Shown here piece by piece: positions 19,807 through 30,272 of a stretch of 64,000 bases of DNA. The notes under the pieces were generated by a model. It saw only the letters and a list, made by a program, of their open reading frames with translations, was not told the origin of the DNA and did no database searches. Source of the DNA: Oopsacas minuta (Eukaryota; Animalia; Porifera); assembly GCA_024704765.1 (NCBI GenBank), contig JAKMXF010000354.1, forward strand, positions 977,690 to 1,041,689, given 5' to 3'. Both the position numbers and the translations under genes were made by a program. Within the stretch, counting starts at the first letter, position 1, and each line of letters begins with the position of its first letter.

Positions 19807-22800
19807 CTATTTATACTTCTCAGCAATTGCTCGTGTATTCTTAAGATAAGACTCAGCCATAGAACTCAAGTTAGCAGCTCTGTCAGCCACAAGGTTTAGT
19901 TTTTCTTCTCTCTCGTCCAGGCCATCCAGAGCTTTTCCCATGGCGTCTTTCCCCCCCTGTGCTTTGTTATGTGTCCGATTCTTCTGCTCCTGTCTGTACT
20001 TGTATCTCTCTGATTGTACAGCTAACAGATCGTGTACTTCTACTCTGCTAGCGGTTAGGTTCTTGCCTTTGTGGAAGAATGAGGTGTTTATATGCGTGTC
20101 CGGTGTCTGTCTCTCGTTGTATAAACAAGTATTAGAATCTGTATCTTCCCTACTTATGCATATTCTCTGTATAGAGCTAGGGGAAGGTAAAAACACACCC
20201 TTGCCGTTCTCATGGAGATAGAAAGTATCGCAGCTGATATAGGGTCGGAACGCCTTATCCTCTTGCACCACTGTAGAAAGGTCAGGTACCCCTAGGATCT
20301 CTAAGGTCCCGCTCTCCAGGAGACAGGCTAAATGGAAAGAGGGGTGTTCTCCTTCTGGATTGGATTTGATAAGGTACGAAGCTTTTATCTTGTCTTTTAT
20401 GAATGCCTTAAAGTTTGGAGAATTTTTCATTTTCTTTCTATCCAGACAAGACACCTTGCTAACCCTCACTAGACGAGGACACACGACCACGACAAACTCA
20501 TCTAAGGTAGATCTCTCCTGAGACCCCGTGGGACCCGATGGGACCACTGTCTCGAGGTGGTGAATAGTTATAACTGGTCCTGGGTCCAATTTTCTTTTGG
20601 TAGCGTCCCAAAAATCAAATGCTATCAGGTCAGGATTCGAGAAGGAAGGGGATAGATTGAGTGTGCGGTCTAGTGCTGCAGGTATACATACCAAGTGACC
20701 ATTCATGGTACCAAGGAAGAACCTGTAGCATTTTGATATCTCACTCCTGCTCACTGAGAAGTGTGTTAACTTCTCACTAGCCAGGGTCTCTACGAACAGA
20801 CTCAAGCTATCGTTTAGCTCTGTCAAAGTTTTAATTAAGCCCTTTCGTTTATTCCTATCCTCAAAAAATGTCCGTTTGAGTTCGGCGATTTGAGTGAGAG
20901 ACAGTTCATTGTAGAGAGAATTAGTCTCTAGTGACAGGAAGTAAACTGAAGCCTTCAATTCTATGAATACCATATGGCAGTCAGGTTCGAAACCAATATG
21001 TGTAGGATACTCTCCAGAGTAGACTATTATATGTGGATTAAATCCCCGCTTAGCTTGGGACTTAGAGTTGAATACGAGACTGGGGGAGGGAGTATCTTGT
21101 GCCGCTATAGACAGTTGTACCAGTTCCTGCTGTTGCTCTACAACACTAAGTAGCCTGTGAAGTATCAGATAACGACTTCTATTACACACACATAACACTT
21201 TGCTTACAGGACACAGCTTTAGGTAACTAACTGCTAGCTCCCTTTCCCTCTCTCCCTCTCTGTTCTCTATAACGATAAATGAGCCCCAGTCCTGCTCACG
21301 GATATTCCGACTTATTGATTTGGAGACGTCGTATTTAGCTTCTGGAGTTTGTGAGGAGCCAGAGGGTTTTTGTCGAGGGGGTAATGATTTAGTTTTCGGG
21401 GATTCCTCTGTTGGGGTTGTCTGAGAAGTAGGCGAGGTGACAGATGGTGATCGTGTGGGTGGTGGTGGCCTTGGAGGAGGGGGCGATTTGAAGAGGGGGG
21501 TAGACTTGATGTAGTAGATCAGTTCTAACTTGTTCCTGCTCGCGTCCCAGAAGCGTACATCTCCGTTCTCGTGTCCAGTTAGTAGGAGTGAGTTATCATC
21601 CTCCGGCTCTCTAGTACCTCCGTTTAGCGGCCATTTATAACTATCCTTGAGGTGATTATAGCATAACTCTTCCCCTAACACCCTGAGGGTATCAATCAGC
21701 TCAATAGGACAGTTATCAATATAATTAATAGCAGTGACTAGAGATGTAGCTAGGTTATTAGCTGTAGGTACAGGAAGTTCTTGCCAAGCGAAGTAATCCA
21801 TTATTTCATATACTAATAGTTCTTCTCTACACAGCAGGGCTACAGCATGAGGGTATTGAGCTTTATCTTTGTGTGGATGGAAGGAAATGGGTGCAAAGTC
21901 TGTGATAACACTAGGAGCTATGAGAGACGAGCTGTGCTGTTTTGAGGACAGTGAATAGAGGACGGTTAGGGTAGTCTCTGCTCCCTCGGGTCCCCCGGAG
22001 AATAGGAGCAGTCCATCTTTAGAATTTTGGTTAGCTAACCAGAAGAGACGTGTTATGGATGCGTTACCCGCCATTCCGTATAGGTCAGAGGATGTATGAG
22101 TACGATAGGGCTTCTGGGGGCTGTCCAACTGCCAGATAGACAGAGAACCGTTTGTGTAACCAGCAGCGAATTGTTTCCCCGAATAGTGCCAGGAAACTCC
22201 TATAGTTATGACTTCACGAACGGGAGAGAAGAACTGAGCTTCGCAAGAATTCGATTTTATGTCCCAGAGGTTAACCCATCCGCCTGACACGAGGATTAGT
22301 ATTAGCGAGGCATTTGCTGGACATTCTTCTATGCCAACAATGAAACCAGGTGATTCCCATTTTCCTCTAGCCCTACTGCTCAGCTTCTCGTAGGTTATAG
22401 AGTACTCAGATAGCTGGAGGGAATGCTTGTTTAAGAGGAACACATTACCCCCCTCTGTTCCTATATATATCCACTCACTCCCTACAGGGAGATAAGCTAC
22501 TATCATCTTGTCATCTGGTTTAGAGGCTGATACCATTGTTATCCCTTCTCCCGTCAACAGGAACCTGCCGGACAACTCCGGGGGACAGGCCTTAAGGTCC
22601 CATTTAGTGACAGAATTATCGGCCTCACAAAGTGAGAATAAAATCCCTTCATTTGTAGAGAAAAATACTTGAGAGACTGGGAGGGATCCTGGTTGTGAGA
22701 GGGTCGCCTCTACTCCTGCCTTCCCCATTATTTGTATTTCACCCTCAGTGCCAGCGAGGGCCAACAACCCTTGGACAGGGTCATGTACAACAGAGCATGG

Positions 22801-22878
22801 CTTATGGGGGATCCCGTGTTTCTTTAGGAATTGTAGTCTCAGATCACCTTTCACCTGTGTTACTGTCTCAGTAGCCAT
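19807..22878 (-). CDS. STXBP5: Tomosyn/STXBP5-like (WD40 + LLGL domain + C-terminal R-SNARE motif)
   Basis: KHGIPHKPCSVVHDPVQGLLALAG, YKWPLNGG, LLLTGHENGDVRFWDAS, and C-terminal ALDGLDEREEKLNLVADRAANLSSMAESY...AEKYK (tomosyn R-SNARE-like). Confidence 0.85.
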   Translation of the reverse strand: MATETVTQVKGDLRLQFLKKHGIPHKPCSVVHDPVQGLLALAGTEGEIQIMGKAGVEATLSQPGSLPVSQVFFSTNEGILFSLCEADNSVTKWDLKACPPELSGRFLLTGEGITMVSASKPDDKMIVAYLPVGSEWIYIGTEGGNVFLLNKHSLQLSEYSITYEKLSSRARGKWESPGFIVGIEECPANASLILILVSGGWVNLWDIKSNSCEAQFFSPVREVITIGVSWHYSGKQFAAGYTNGSLSIWQLDSPQKPYRTHTSSDLYGMAGNASITRLFWLANQNSKDGLLLFSGGPEGAETTLTVLYSLSSKQHSSSLIAPSVITDFAPISFHPHKDKAQYPHAVALLCREELLVYEIMDYFAWQELPVPTANNLATSLVTAINYIDNCPIELIDTLRVLGEELCYNHLKDSYKWPLNGGTREPEDDNSLLLTGHENGDVRFWDASRNKLELIYYIKSTPLFKSPPPPRPPPPTRSPSVTSPTSQTTPTEESPKTKSLPPRQKPSGSSQTPEAKYDVSKSISRNIREQDWGSFIVIENREGERERELAVSYLKLCPVSKVLCVCNRSRYLILHRLLSVVEQQQELVQLSIAAQDTPSPSLVFNSKSQAKRGFNPHIIVYSGEYPTHIGFEPDCHMVFIELKASVYFLSLETNSLYNELSLTQIAELKRTFFEDRNKRKGLIKTLTELNDSLSLFVETLASEKLTHFSVSRSEISKCYRFFLGTMNGHLVCIPAALDRTLNLSPSFSNPDLIAFDFWDATKRKLDPGPVITIHHLETVVPSGPTGSQERSTLDEFVVVVCPRLVRVSKVSCLDRKKMKNSPNFKAFIKDKIKASYLIKSNPEGEHPSFHLACLLESGTLEILGVPDLSTVVQEDKAFRPYISCDTFYLHENGKGVFLPSPSSIQRICISREDTDSNTCLYNERQTPDTHINTSFFHKGKNLTASRVEVHDLLAVQSERYKYRQEQKNRTHNKAQGGKDAMGKALDGLDEREEKLNLVADRAANLSSMAESYLKNTRAIAEKYK

Positions 22879-23307
22879 TATGAAGTTCTATTAGTTACAT
22901 ATTGTGAATACACCAATATATATATATACTGTATTTGTCTGGTAATTATTGTTCGTTGCTGATTCACATATGTAGTGAAGGATAGGAGCTTACGTACAAT
23001 TTAATTTTGATGGTATTTTACAAGCTTTGAGGGAGATTAAATTAACAAGGATATTTATGTATTTATGGATAAGCTTTTCAGCGGCCAGCTGTGTCTCTAT
23101 CAACCTAATGGAGTGGCACAGCCATTCAAAAGTGGCAAGGCGATCTTCGAACGGTTATACCGCCCTTGTTTTTCCCTTATTAACTGGAGAAAGGAGTCTA
23201 TTATCAGAAATAAAGATTTAAAAATGTATAAATTGAAGCTAGAATAAATAATAAATAATAATAAAAATACGAATAGTATAAGTGAGCTAAATATAGTGGA
23301 GAGTTGC

Positions 23308-25959
23308 TTATATCTCTGAAGGGAGAATATCAAATATAGGGGATTTTATGAAACGGACATAAGTATCAGTCTTAATAAGATTGAACACGTTACCCTGTGC
23401 CCTCACAAACACATCCCTCTTTGGCATTCTCATATTTCTATTAAGTTCTGTTAGCACTTGTTCATCTAAGTTTATTTGTGTCAAAGCTCCAGCCTTTATG
23501 TACTTGTCATAAATGTGTTCAGCTTTGGCTATCAACTCAGATTCCGGTAGATAGAAATATTCCCTGCATTCTATGTAAAAACATAAATTCTCCTCACTGA
23601 ATTCTCTCTGCATGTACTTCTTCAAATAAAATACACCCAAAGGGTCTAGCAGAAGTGAGTCTAACCCTTCCTTCCATTTCTCCATCGCCTCCCCCGTGAT
23701 AGGGTGCTGTTCCATGAGCTCTTGGAGGTTCCGTTGGGGTACAGGCTCCTTGAGGGGTTCTAACCTTTTGGGTTTCTTTTTGTATTTGTCTTTTTCCTTT
23801 GGAAGAAGATTACTTTTGAATGTTAAAGCAGACCCGTCTCTTCTGTTCGGTGTGCTTATTTTCCTCCCTCCCTCCCAAATATCTCCCCCCTCTTTAGGAG
23901 ACCCTGGAGTCGTGAAGCTTCTCTTGGCCTGCACCCTGCTCCTCAGGGTCGTAGCACCCCCTGCCCGTTCGCTAATCATCTTCTTCGCTTTTTCCTTTGC
24001 TTTCTCGTTCCCCGCCCTATATTGTAAAGTTTCATCATCGACTATTGTTAACTGAAAGTCCCTCTCATCTACACAATTAACGTCATGTACCATTACTTGA
24101 CTGAGAAAAATTGGGTTTGATTTGACACACAAATAAGGAGGATCATTCACGCATATTAGAATCATATCAGACAGCAGAACCATGATAATCCCTTCTCTCT
24201 TCTTCCCTACGGTCTCTAGCTCTATTTCAGCTATGTAGCGTCTCTGTGCGTCCTGACATATGTCAAACTTTTCAACGTTATAATTGAATGATATTTTGTC
24301 TCTCAACTCCCTGAGATTTTCAATACGCTTCTTGTCCAGATCCTTCTCTTCCCTTTGTTCCTGCTCCAACCTCTCTAAGTTATACATAACCTCGTGTAGA
24401 GTCTTGAAATCGACGTGTTTAGGAGGAGTATTCATGACAACTTCTCTAAGTTTAGAGATGAGATCTGATTTGTAAGTCCCTGGGAAATTGAAGAATTCTT
24501 CTATAGTTATTCCAGATTTTTTGTGTGATTGTTCTAAGAAATTCCTGAATTCTTCATCTTCTCTTCGTCTAGCGACGTCTTCAAGAGACTTTTCTTTTGT
24601 CTCGTTATAAAGTTTGAAGAATTTAACCATCGCTTCGAGGTCATATGTGAATATAGCTCCTACTACGTTAAGGTAAACAACTGGTGATCCTTCCCTTGTA
24701 CTTGTCAGATAGTCTCTTCCTTTTATATCAATGTTAGACTGTATAGCTTCTGAGATTCTCAAGAAGTCCGCGACAGGGAGGAACAGCTGATCATGTTCAT
24801 ATTGAGTCAGGTGAGCAGATTTGAGAGGTTCGAAATAAGCCGCGTGTGCTCGTCTACAGAAATCAACAGATTCTCTTTGTAGTAGTATGACAGCTCGTAC
24901 CGCTTCCTGTCTGTCTAGCTCTATTGGGTTACGCATTTGCGTTTCTAGCTGTGACGTAGCAAAGAATGGCTTGGGTCTTGGAAGATTAGCAGTGCTCACT
25001 TCTGGTAGCCGGCTCATCATAAGCTCTTTATCCGTCATCTTCTTGCCCTTCTTCTTACTGACCTTTGGAGGGGATGAGTAGGAGGAGGGGGAAAGTTTTC
25101 CAGGTGTGGGGAAGTGTAGGGCGGCTGCCTGACTCTTACTGACCTCTGCTTCCTCAGATCTCTGTACCATTAACTTGACCTGTTGCCTACAAGCCTTTAG
25201 GACTGTAGTTATGTGATTAGCTGTGGATTTAGAAGTGTCTGTCTCTTGTACCTTAAGAATAAAGTCTCCCTTCTGTAGTCCCTCTAAGGACGCGGGACTG
25301 TTCTTACTAACCTCACTGATAACCGGTGGAGAGCTTCCGGTGAGAGTTAGTCCGAACCCTCCTTTTTTGGCTTTGAGGATGACCGTCCGGGTGTGTAGTC
25401 TCTCCCCAGCTGACCCAGGGCGGGTAAATTCTGTGGAGATGCTCTTACGGATACCCTTGGGGACCTGTGAGACTGAGGAGTGTCTGGGGTTAGCATCCAC
25501 AGGAAAGTTCCTCTCGTCTCCATACCCCGGATCCATGAGGTAAAACCAACCTGACACCTCTCCGTTAGTAGATAGAGATATCTCCTCCACCAGGAAGGAC
25601 ATACATCCTATTTGTGTCCGCTTCATTTCCCGCTGCCATATCGAAACGTGTAATCTCTTCTTTCTGTCTGTCTCGGATAGCTGGAAGAGAAAGCTCCGTC
25701 TGAAGTTCGGATTACGAGTACCCGTGACGACATCGCTCTTACATTTACTCTTCTTACTCGGGTCTGGTATTAGATATAATTTAACGTAAGTATTCAACTG
25801 ACTAGACCGTTTCCCCGGCATGACTGGTAGATCCCTTGCCTCGGACACAAACACGATAAGGTCCCCCTGCTCCTCATGGATGGATAGGTTTAGCTGTCCG
25901 CGGGTAGAGTTTATTTCTTGGAAGGTACCGAATCCGCTAATGTTTGCACCCCGAAACAT
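23308..25959 (-). CDS. RGS3: RGS3-like protein with C2, PDZ, degenerate DH, PH and RGS domains
   Basis: C2 (YVKLYLIPDPSKKSKCKSDVV...NPNF), PDZ (GFGLTLTGSSPPVISEVSKNSPASLEGLQKGDFILKV), DH-like helical region, PH (IMVLLSDMILIC), RGS (WKEGLDSLLLDPLG...REFSEENLCFYIECREY...INLD). First ATG at 25959. Confidence 0.8.
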   Translation of the reverse strand: MFRGANISGFGTFQEINSTRGQLNLSIHEEQGDLIVFVSEARDLPVMPGKRSSQLNTYVKLYLIPDPSKKSKCKSDVVTGTRNPNFRRSFLFQLSETDRKKRLHVSIWQREMKRTQIGCMSFLVEEISLSTNGEVSGWFYLMDPGYGDERNFPVDANPRHSSVSQVPKGIRKSISTEFTRPGSAGERLHTRTVILKAKKGGFGLTLTGSSPPVISEVSKNSPASLEGLQKGDFILKVQETDTSKSTANHITTVLKACRQQVKLMVQRSEEAEVSKSQAAALHFPTPGKLSPSSYSSPPKVSKKKGKKMTDKELMMSRLPEVSTANLPRPKPFFATSQLETQMRNPIELDRQEAVRAVILLQRESVDFCRRAHAAYFEPLKSAHLTQYEHDQLFLPVADFLRISEAIQSNIDIKGRDYLTSTREGSPVVYLNVVGAIFTYDLEAMVKFFKLYNETKEKSLEDVARRREDEEFRNFLEQSHKKSGITIEEFFNFPGTYKSDLISKLREVVMNTPPKHVDFKTLHEVMYNLERLEQEQREEKDLDKKRIENLRELRDKISFNYNVEKFDICQDAQRRYIAEIELETVGKKREGIIMVLLSDMILICVNDPPYLCVKSNPIFLSQVMVHDVNCVDERDFQLTIVDDETLQYRAGNEKAKEKAKKMISERAGGATTLRSRVQAKRSFTTPGSPKEGGDIWEGGRKISTPNRRDGSALTFKSNLLPKEKDKYKKKPKRLEPLKEPVPQRNLQELMEQHPITGEAMEKWKEGLDSLLLDPLGVFYLKKYMQREFSEENLCFYIECREYFYLPESELIAKAEHIYDKYIKAGALTQINLDEQVLTELNRNMRMPKRDVFVRAQGNVFNLIKTDTYVRFIKSPIFDILPSEI

Positions 25960-26059
25960 ATTCACTAATTATCTGAGGTGTTAATAATTTATCATATACG
26001 AAAATTTTGTGTTAGGTGTTACCTTCACGGTTATAACATTAAATTTTATTATTAGCTAA

Positions 26060-26521
26060 ATGGCAGATAACACGACACAGATAGAGGATAATCGAACAGA
26101 AGGAGAATTCTTTGATTCTAAGGGACAAATAACTGACATAGATATGAATTGTGTCGAGCAGTTGACTGACGGTTTGGTAGACTTGTATGTACCACAAGTC
26201 CACCTATTCGAGTACACGCTTAATGAGCTAGTGTCCGACCAGCAGAGTCTCATAACTGCTATGGAAAGAGAACTCCAGTCCACGAGCTCTGACGGACTCA
26301 GAGATCAACTTAACCAGACTTTGAATAAGGTCCCTCTCTACCAACAAAAGGTAAACAACCTTGAGAGAGAAATGAGAGCATTACAAAGCAAATGTAGTAA
26401 GCTATCTAAACGAGCATACAGACTGGCTGAGCAGAGAGAAAAGAGAGAGATGGATCGATTGGAGCAGAAGAGAAGAGAGATCGAGAGAGAGAAACAACTA
26501 GAGGCTAAGAGGGCCAAATGA
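26060..26521 (+). CDS. BLOC1S6: BLOC-1 subunit 6 (pallidin)
   Basis: EQLTDGLVDLYVP...KCSKLSKRAYRLAEQREKRE...REIEREKQLEAK matches pallidin (KTSKLKKRALKLQQKRQKEE...EFEREKQLTA). Confidence 0.85.
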   Translation: MADNTTQIEDNRTEGEFFDSKGQITDIDMNCVEQLTDGLVDLYVPQVHLFEYTLNELVSDQQSLITAMERELQSTSSDGLRDQLNQTLNKVPLYQQKVNNLEREMRALQSKCSKLSKRAYRLAEQREKREMDRLEQKRREIEREKQLEAKRAK

Positions 26522-26619
26522 TATAGTATATATTTAGAAATGAGATTGTAATAATATATTCTGATGTAATCTATACATACAAATAAATAATACATACCAT
26601 TATCTTTATATACATATTT

Positions 26620-28563
26620 TCACACTTCTTCTAGGTGAAATTTCGCAGATTGTAATTCTAATGGTTCGAATAATTCAATAAACACTTTCAAACAGCTGTC
26701 TTCTTTATAAGAATAACGAAATTCTTGACATCTATTAAAATTCAGTAATAATGGTGGTTTGTTTGTGAGACTGTTTATCAACAAGTTCATAGCAACGTCT
26801 TCACACGTATGGAATGTGTCCACCCATTCTATAACAGCTGGAGGAACATGACTGGTAAATATTTTTTGATAATGATTATGGTAAAATGCGGCTTTAGTTG
26901 AAATAATATTAATTTCGGAATTAGTGGTATTTACTTGCTCCAAGGTGTGAATAGTGGCATAGTATCCCACTATACGTTCGGGGAACTCTCTCCAAGCTTG
27001 GTACCCGAATTCTATCTCTTCAGGTGTTAGTGTGACGTCATCATATAGCGACATAACACATTCTGTCTGTATCTGTTCTAGTGGTAGGAACACATTGGTT
27101 AGTTTGTGATCTTCTGGGATTAATAACTCGATCGGTACGTGTTTCACTCCCCAGTTACCAGAGGGGCTTGTACCTCTCTTATTGGAGACGATAAGAATTT
27201 TATTAAGACTGGGGACAGTATTCAGAACCCTAATTAATGAATTAAGAGAATTTTTGTTGTTGTTGTTGTTGCTAAAAATAACTACAGTGAATCCTGCATC
27301 AGCTACAGGTATAGGGTGCATGAGGAGAGGGTTAACTCTACGTAGGTCTGTTTCTAACAAATTCCAATCCTCAAATGATGTTGCTAAGGTGGGGAATACT
27401 CTCTCATTGAGTATCATAAGGGTAGTAAGAGCTATTCTGTTCAGAGAGCTGAAATAACGGGACCAGATCTTGAGAGAATGTCTATGTTTTTGGTTCCATT
27501 CCTCGTCACCTATTCTCTTCAGGATTGTGAGGATCTGAGGCACGAATGCTGGCCGTAATGGTACTCCAATCAATCTCCAATCTAACACCTCTTCAAAAGG
27601 TAACATATAATCAGCATGGATATATACAGGCACACATCCTTGCATCATGACATCCAATAAATCAGGAGTACTATACCGGTATCCTAGCAACAAGAGACAG
27701 TATTTCGAGCTTAGAAGAATATGTGAATAATTAACATTTTCATCTTCTACACATCTGTCGTCACCCTGACAGAAATCTAATATAGTAATCCGGCTTGGGT
27801 CCTGATTTTTAATTTGTTGCAGGGTGTACTCTAGAGAGGTGTCAAATTCCAGAGGGATTATTATTAGAAGGTAAATATCTCTATTCGATAGGGAAGGGGA
27901 TTTTCTTGTAGCTAGTCGTTCAGGGAAGTTATACACGGGGATACTGATGTCAAACCCGGTCCTGTATTCATGATATAGGAGACCGGGGGAGGCGACTCCT
28001 GCTCTGTCAGTGGAAACAGAAGGTAGGGAGTTGGATATGGAAGGGAGGAATGAGAATATTAGATGATTAATCCCCCGATTCCAGAACGGGAGGTGTTTCA
28101 AAGCTAGAGAGGTGTATATTGGGTCGTTATCAGAGTCAATAAGTGTATCTATCGCCAGGATAAATATACAAGCTCTGCTAGGATCTGATACATAGAACGG
28201 ACTCTGTTGAATAGAATTTAGAAGAGATCTGTAAGCGAGAGAGGTGTTGAAATGTAAATAAACTTTATTATTATTATTATTCATGTAGTAAAAATCTGTG
28301 GGTGGGTATATGTAAACTTGTATAAGAGATTCTTGGTTGAATTCACACTTATTTATCTCAAAACAGGTATCAAACCGACAAGATTTTGTCTGTAACAATT
28401 TGAAATTCATGTTTGGAGGGTTAACCATTATCTCAGTAGGGAAGTACTCCGTTTCAGTAGTGATTACATAGTTATACCATAGAAAAGAAATAGTAAGGAG
28501 TAAGAAAAGAATAGGAATTCCATAAGTAGATACAGGTAGTGAGTTTGTACTCTCTTTCTTCAT
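26620..28563 (-). CDS. EXT2: Exostosin-2-like heparan sulfate polymerase subunit (TM + GT47 + GT64)
   Basis: Type II TM, CRFDTCFEINKC, DPSRACIF, WNRGINHLIF, YMLPFEEVLDW, EIEFGYQAWREFPERIVGY, CEDVAMNLL. Confidence 0.85.
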   Translation of the reverse strand: MKKESTNSLPVSTYGIPILFLLLTISFLWYNYVITTETEYFPTEIMVNPPNMNFKLLQTKSCRFDTCFEINKCEFNQESLIQVYIYPPTDFYYMNNNNNKVYLHFNTSLAYRSLLNSIQQSPFYVSDPSRACIFILAIDTLIDSDNDPIYTSLALKHLPFWNRGINHLIFSFLPSISNSLPSVSTDRAGVASPGLLYHEYRTGFDISIPVYNFPERLATRKSPSLSNRDIYLLIIIPLEFDTSLEYTLQQIKNQDPSRITILDFCQGDDRCVEDENVNYSHILLSSKYCLLLLGYRYSTPDLLDVMMQGCVPVYIHADYMLPFEEVLDWRLIGVPLRPAFVPQILTILKRIGDEEWNQKHRHSLKIWSRYFSSLNRIALTTLMILNERVFPTLATSFEDWNLLETDLRRVNPLLMHPIPVADAGFTVVIFSNNNNNKNSLNSLIRVLNTVPSLNKILIVSNKRGTSPSGNWGVKHVPIELLIPEDHKLTNVFLPLEQIQTECVMSLYDDVTLTPEEIEFGYQAWREFPERIVGYYATIHTLEQVNTTNSEINIISTKAAFYHNHYQKIFTSHVPPAVIEWVDTFHTCEDVAMNLLINSLTNKPPLLLNFNRCQEFRYSYKEDSCLKVFIELFEPLELQSAKFHLEEV

Positions 28564-28929
28564 TCTAGAATTATATTTCTAAAAATAGCAAATCCTTTTT
28601 AATAAGTTAAGGGAATGACTTAACTGTCCTGGAAACTGATGTGTGGGGATCCAGGAGAGGACTAAGGGGACTGTACCCCCCTTCTGAACAATCATAAATT
28701 CGCCCCTGTCAACCGTTAACGCTACCAAATAGAGGGTCTATAAACAAGCTTGTTCTTATAAATACAAATTTTTGGATCAGCTAGGAGCGAATTGTCCACA
28801 CAGCACAAAGTGCATCAGATGAACTATGTTTGCATCATATCCAATAAGTTATACTGTGGTAACTTATGATATATCCTAGCCAAGTATTCTAATTAAAACT
28901 TATCCAAAGTATTATATGGGTGTATTAGA

Positions 28930-30186
28930 ATGTCGGTAGACAACAAACTGAATCTGAAGGACATAGATGTAAAGGGGAAGAGTGTACTCATGCGGGTGGA
29001 CTTCAATGTGCCTCTAGACAAGGCTGGGAACATTGTTAACAACCAGAGGATCGTAGCGGCGATCCCTTCCATCAAACACTGCATTGAAAAGGGGGCTAAA
29101 TCGGTTGTACTTATGTCCCATCTGGGTAGACCGGACGGACGGATACAGCTCAAACTGTCTCTCGTTCCGGTTGCAAAAGAGCTGAGCGGACAGTTGGGAA
29201 GAGGGGTGCAGTTCCTAACGGACTGTGTGGGGCCTGAAGTGGAGGCGAGCTGCCGTGACCCGGCTCCTGGGTCGGTCATACTGTTAGAGAACCTAAGATT
29301 CCATGCAGAAGAGGAGGGAAAGGGGAAAGGAGAAGGGGGAGAGAAAATAGTCCCATCTGAAGAAGAGATCCAATCCTTCAGAGACAGTCTCACTAAACTA
29401 GGGGAAATATTCGTTAACGATGCATTCGGTACTGCTCACCGTCCTCATTCATCCATGGTAGGAATACAGCTATCCGTCCGAGCAGCCGGTTTTCTAATGG
29501 GTCAAGAACTCCGGTACCTCTCTGGGGCTGTGTCAGACCCTAAAAGACCCTTCATCGCGATTTTAGGAGGCGCTAAAGTAGCCGATAAGATCCCCCTCAT
29601 AAAGAACTTGCTATATAAAGTCGATGAAATGGTAATCGGGGGTGGAATGGCATACACATTCCTAAAAGTTATAAACGGAATGCAAATCGGGAAGAGTCTA
29701 TTTGATCCAGAGGGAGCGGCGATTATTCCAGAGATCATGAAGATAGCTGAGGAGAGAAAATTCAAGATACACCTACCCGTAGACTTCGTGTCAGGTGATA
29801 AGATAGAAGAGGAGGCTCAGACTAAAGTAGGGCTCTGTGAGGGAGGAGTGGAGGAGGGATGGATGGGATTAGATATTGGACCGAAAAGCGTCCTGCTGTT
29901 CTCAGAAGTTGTCTCTAGGGCCAAGACGATCGTGTGGAACGGACCAATGGGAGTGTTTGAAGTGAGCAAATTCGCAAATGGTACCAAGGGGCTATTAGAA
30001 GCCGTTGCCATAGCAACGAGCAATGGGGCAGTTACGATAATCGGAGGCGGTGAAACGGCGACTAGTGCGGCTAAGTTTGGATTTGATGACAAACTCAGTC
30101 ATGTGTCGACAGGGGGAGGTGCAAGCCTGGAGCTCCTAGAGGGGAAACAGCTACCAGGAGTAGTGGCCCTTAGTGACAGAACATAG
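28930..30186 (+). CDS. PGK1: Phosphoglycerate kinase
   Basis: [68 protein letters not shown]. Confidence 0.97.
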   Translation: MSVDNKLNLKDIDVKGKSVLMRVDFNVPLDKAGNIVNNQRIVAAIPSIKHCIEKGAKSVVLMSHLGRPDGRIQLKLSLVPVAKELSGQLGRGVQFLTDCVGPEVEASCRDPAPGSVILLENLRFHAEEEGKGKGEGGEKIVPSEEEIQSFRDSLTKLGEIFVNDAFGTAHRPHSSMVGIQLSVRAAGFLMGQELRYLSGAVSDPKRPFIAILGGAKVADKIPLIKNLLYKVDEMVIGGGMAYTFLKVINGMQIGKSLFDPEGAAIIPEIMKIAEERKFKIHLPVDFVSGDKIEEEAQTKVGLCEGGVEEGWMGLDIGPKSVLLFSEVVSRAKTIVWNGPMGVFEVSKFANGTKGLLEAVAIATSNGAVTIIGGGETATSAAKFGFDDKLSHVSTGGGASLELLEGKQLPGVVALSDRT

Positions 30187-30272
30187 TAACAGGAATGTAA
30201 CACTGTTATGCTAATAGAAACAATAATATTTGTACACTCATAGGTGATTGGTTGATTATTAAAATTAGTTTG

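Noticed and set aside
28760-28790. Sm-site-like AATTTTTGG suggesting an snRNA
   Set aside because: The flanks do not resemble U1, U2, U4, U5, U11, U12 or U4atac as I recall them, and such T-runs are common in AT-rich DNA.
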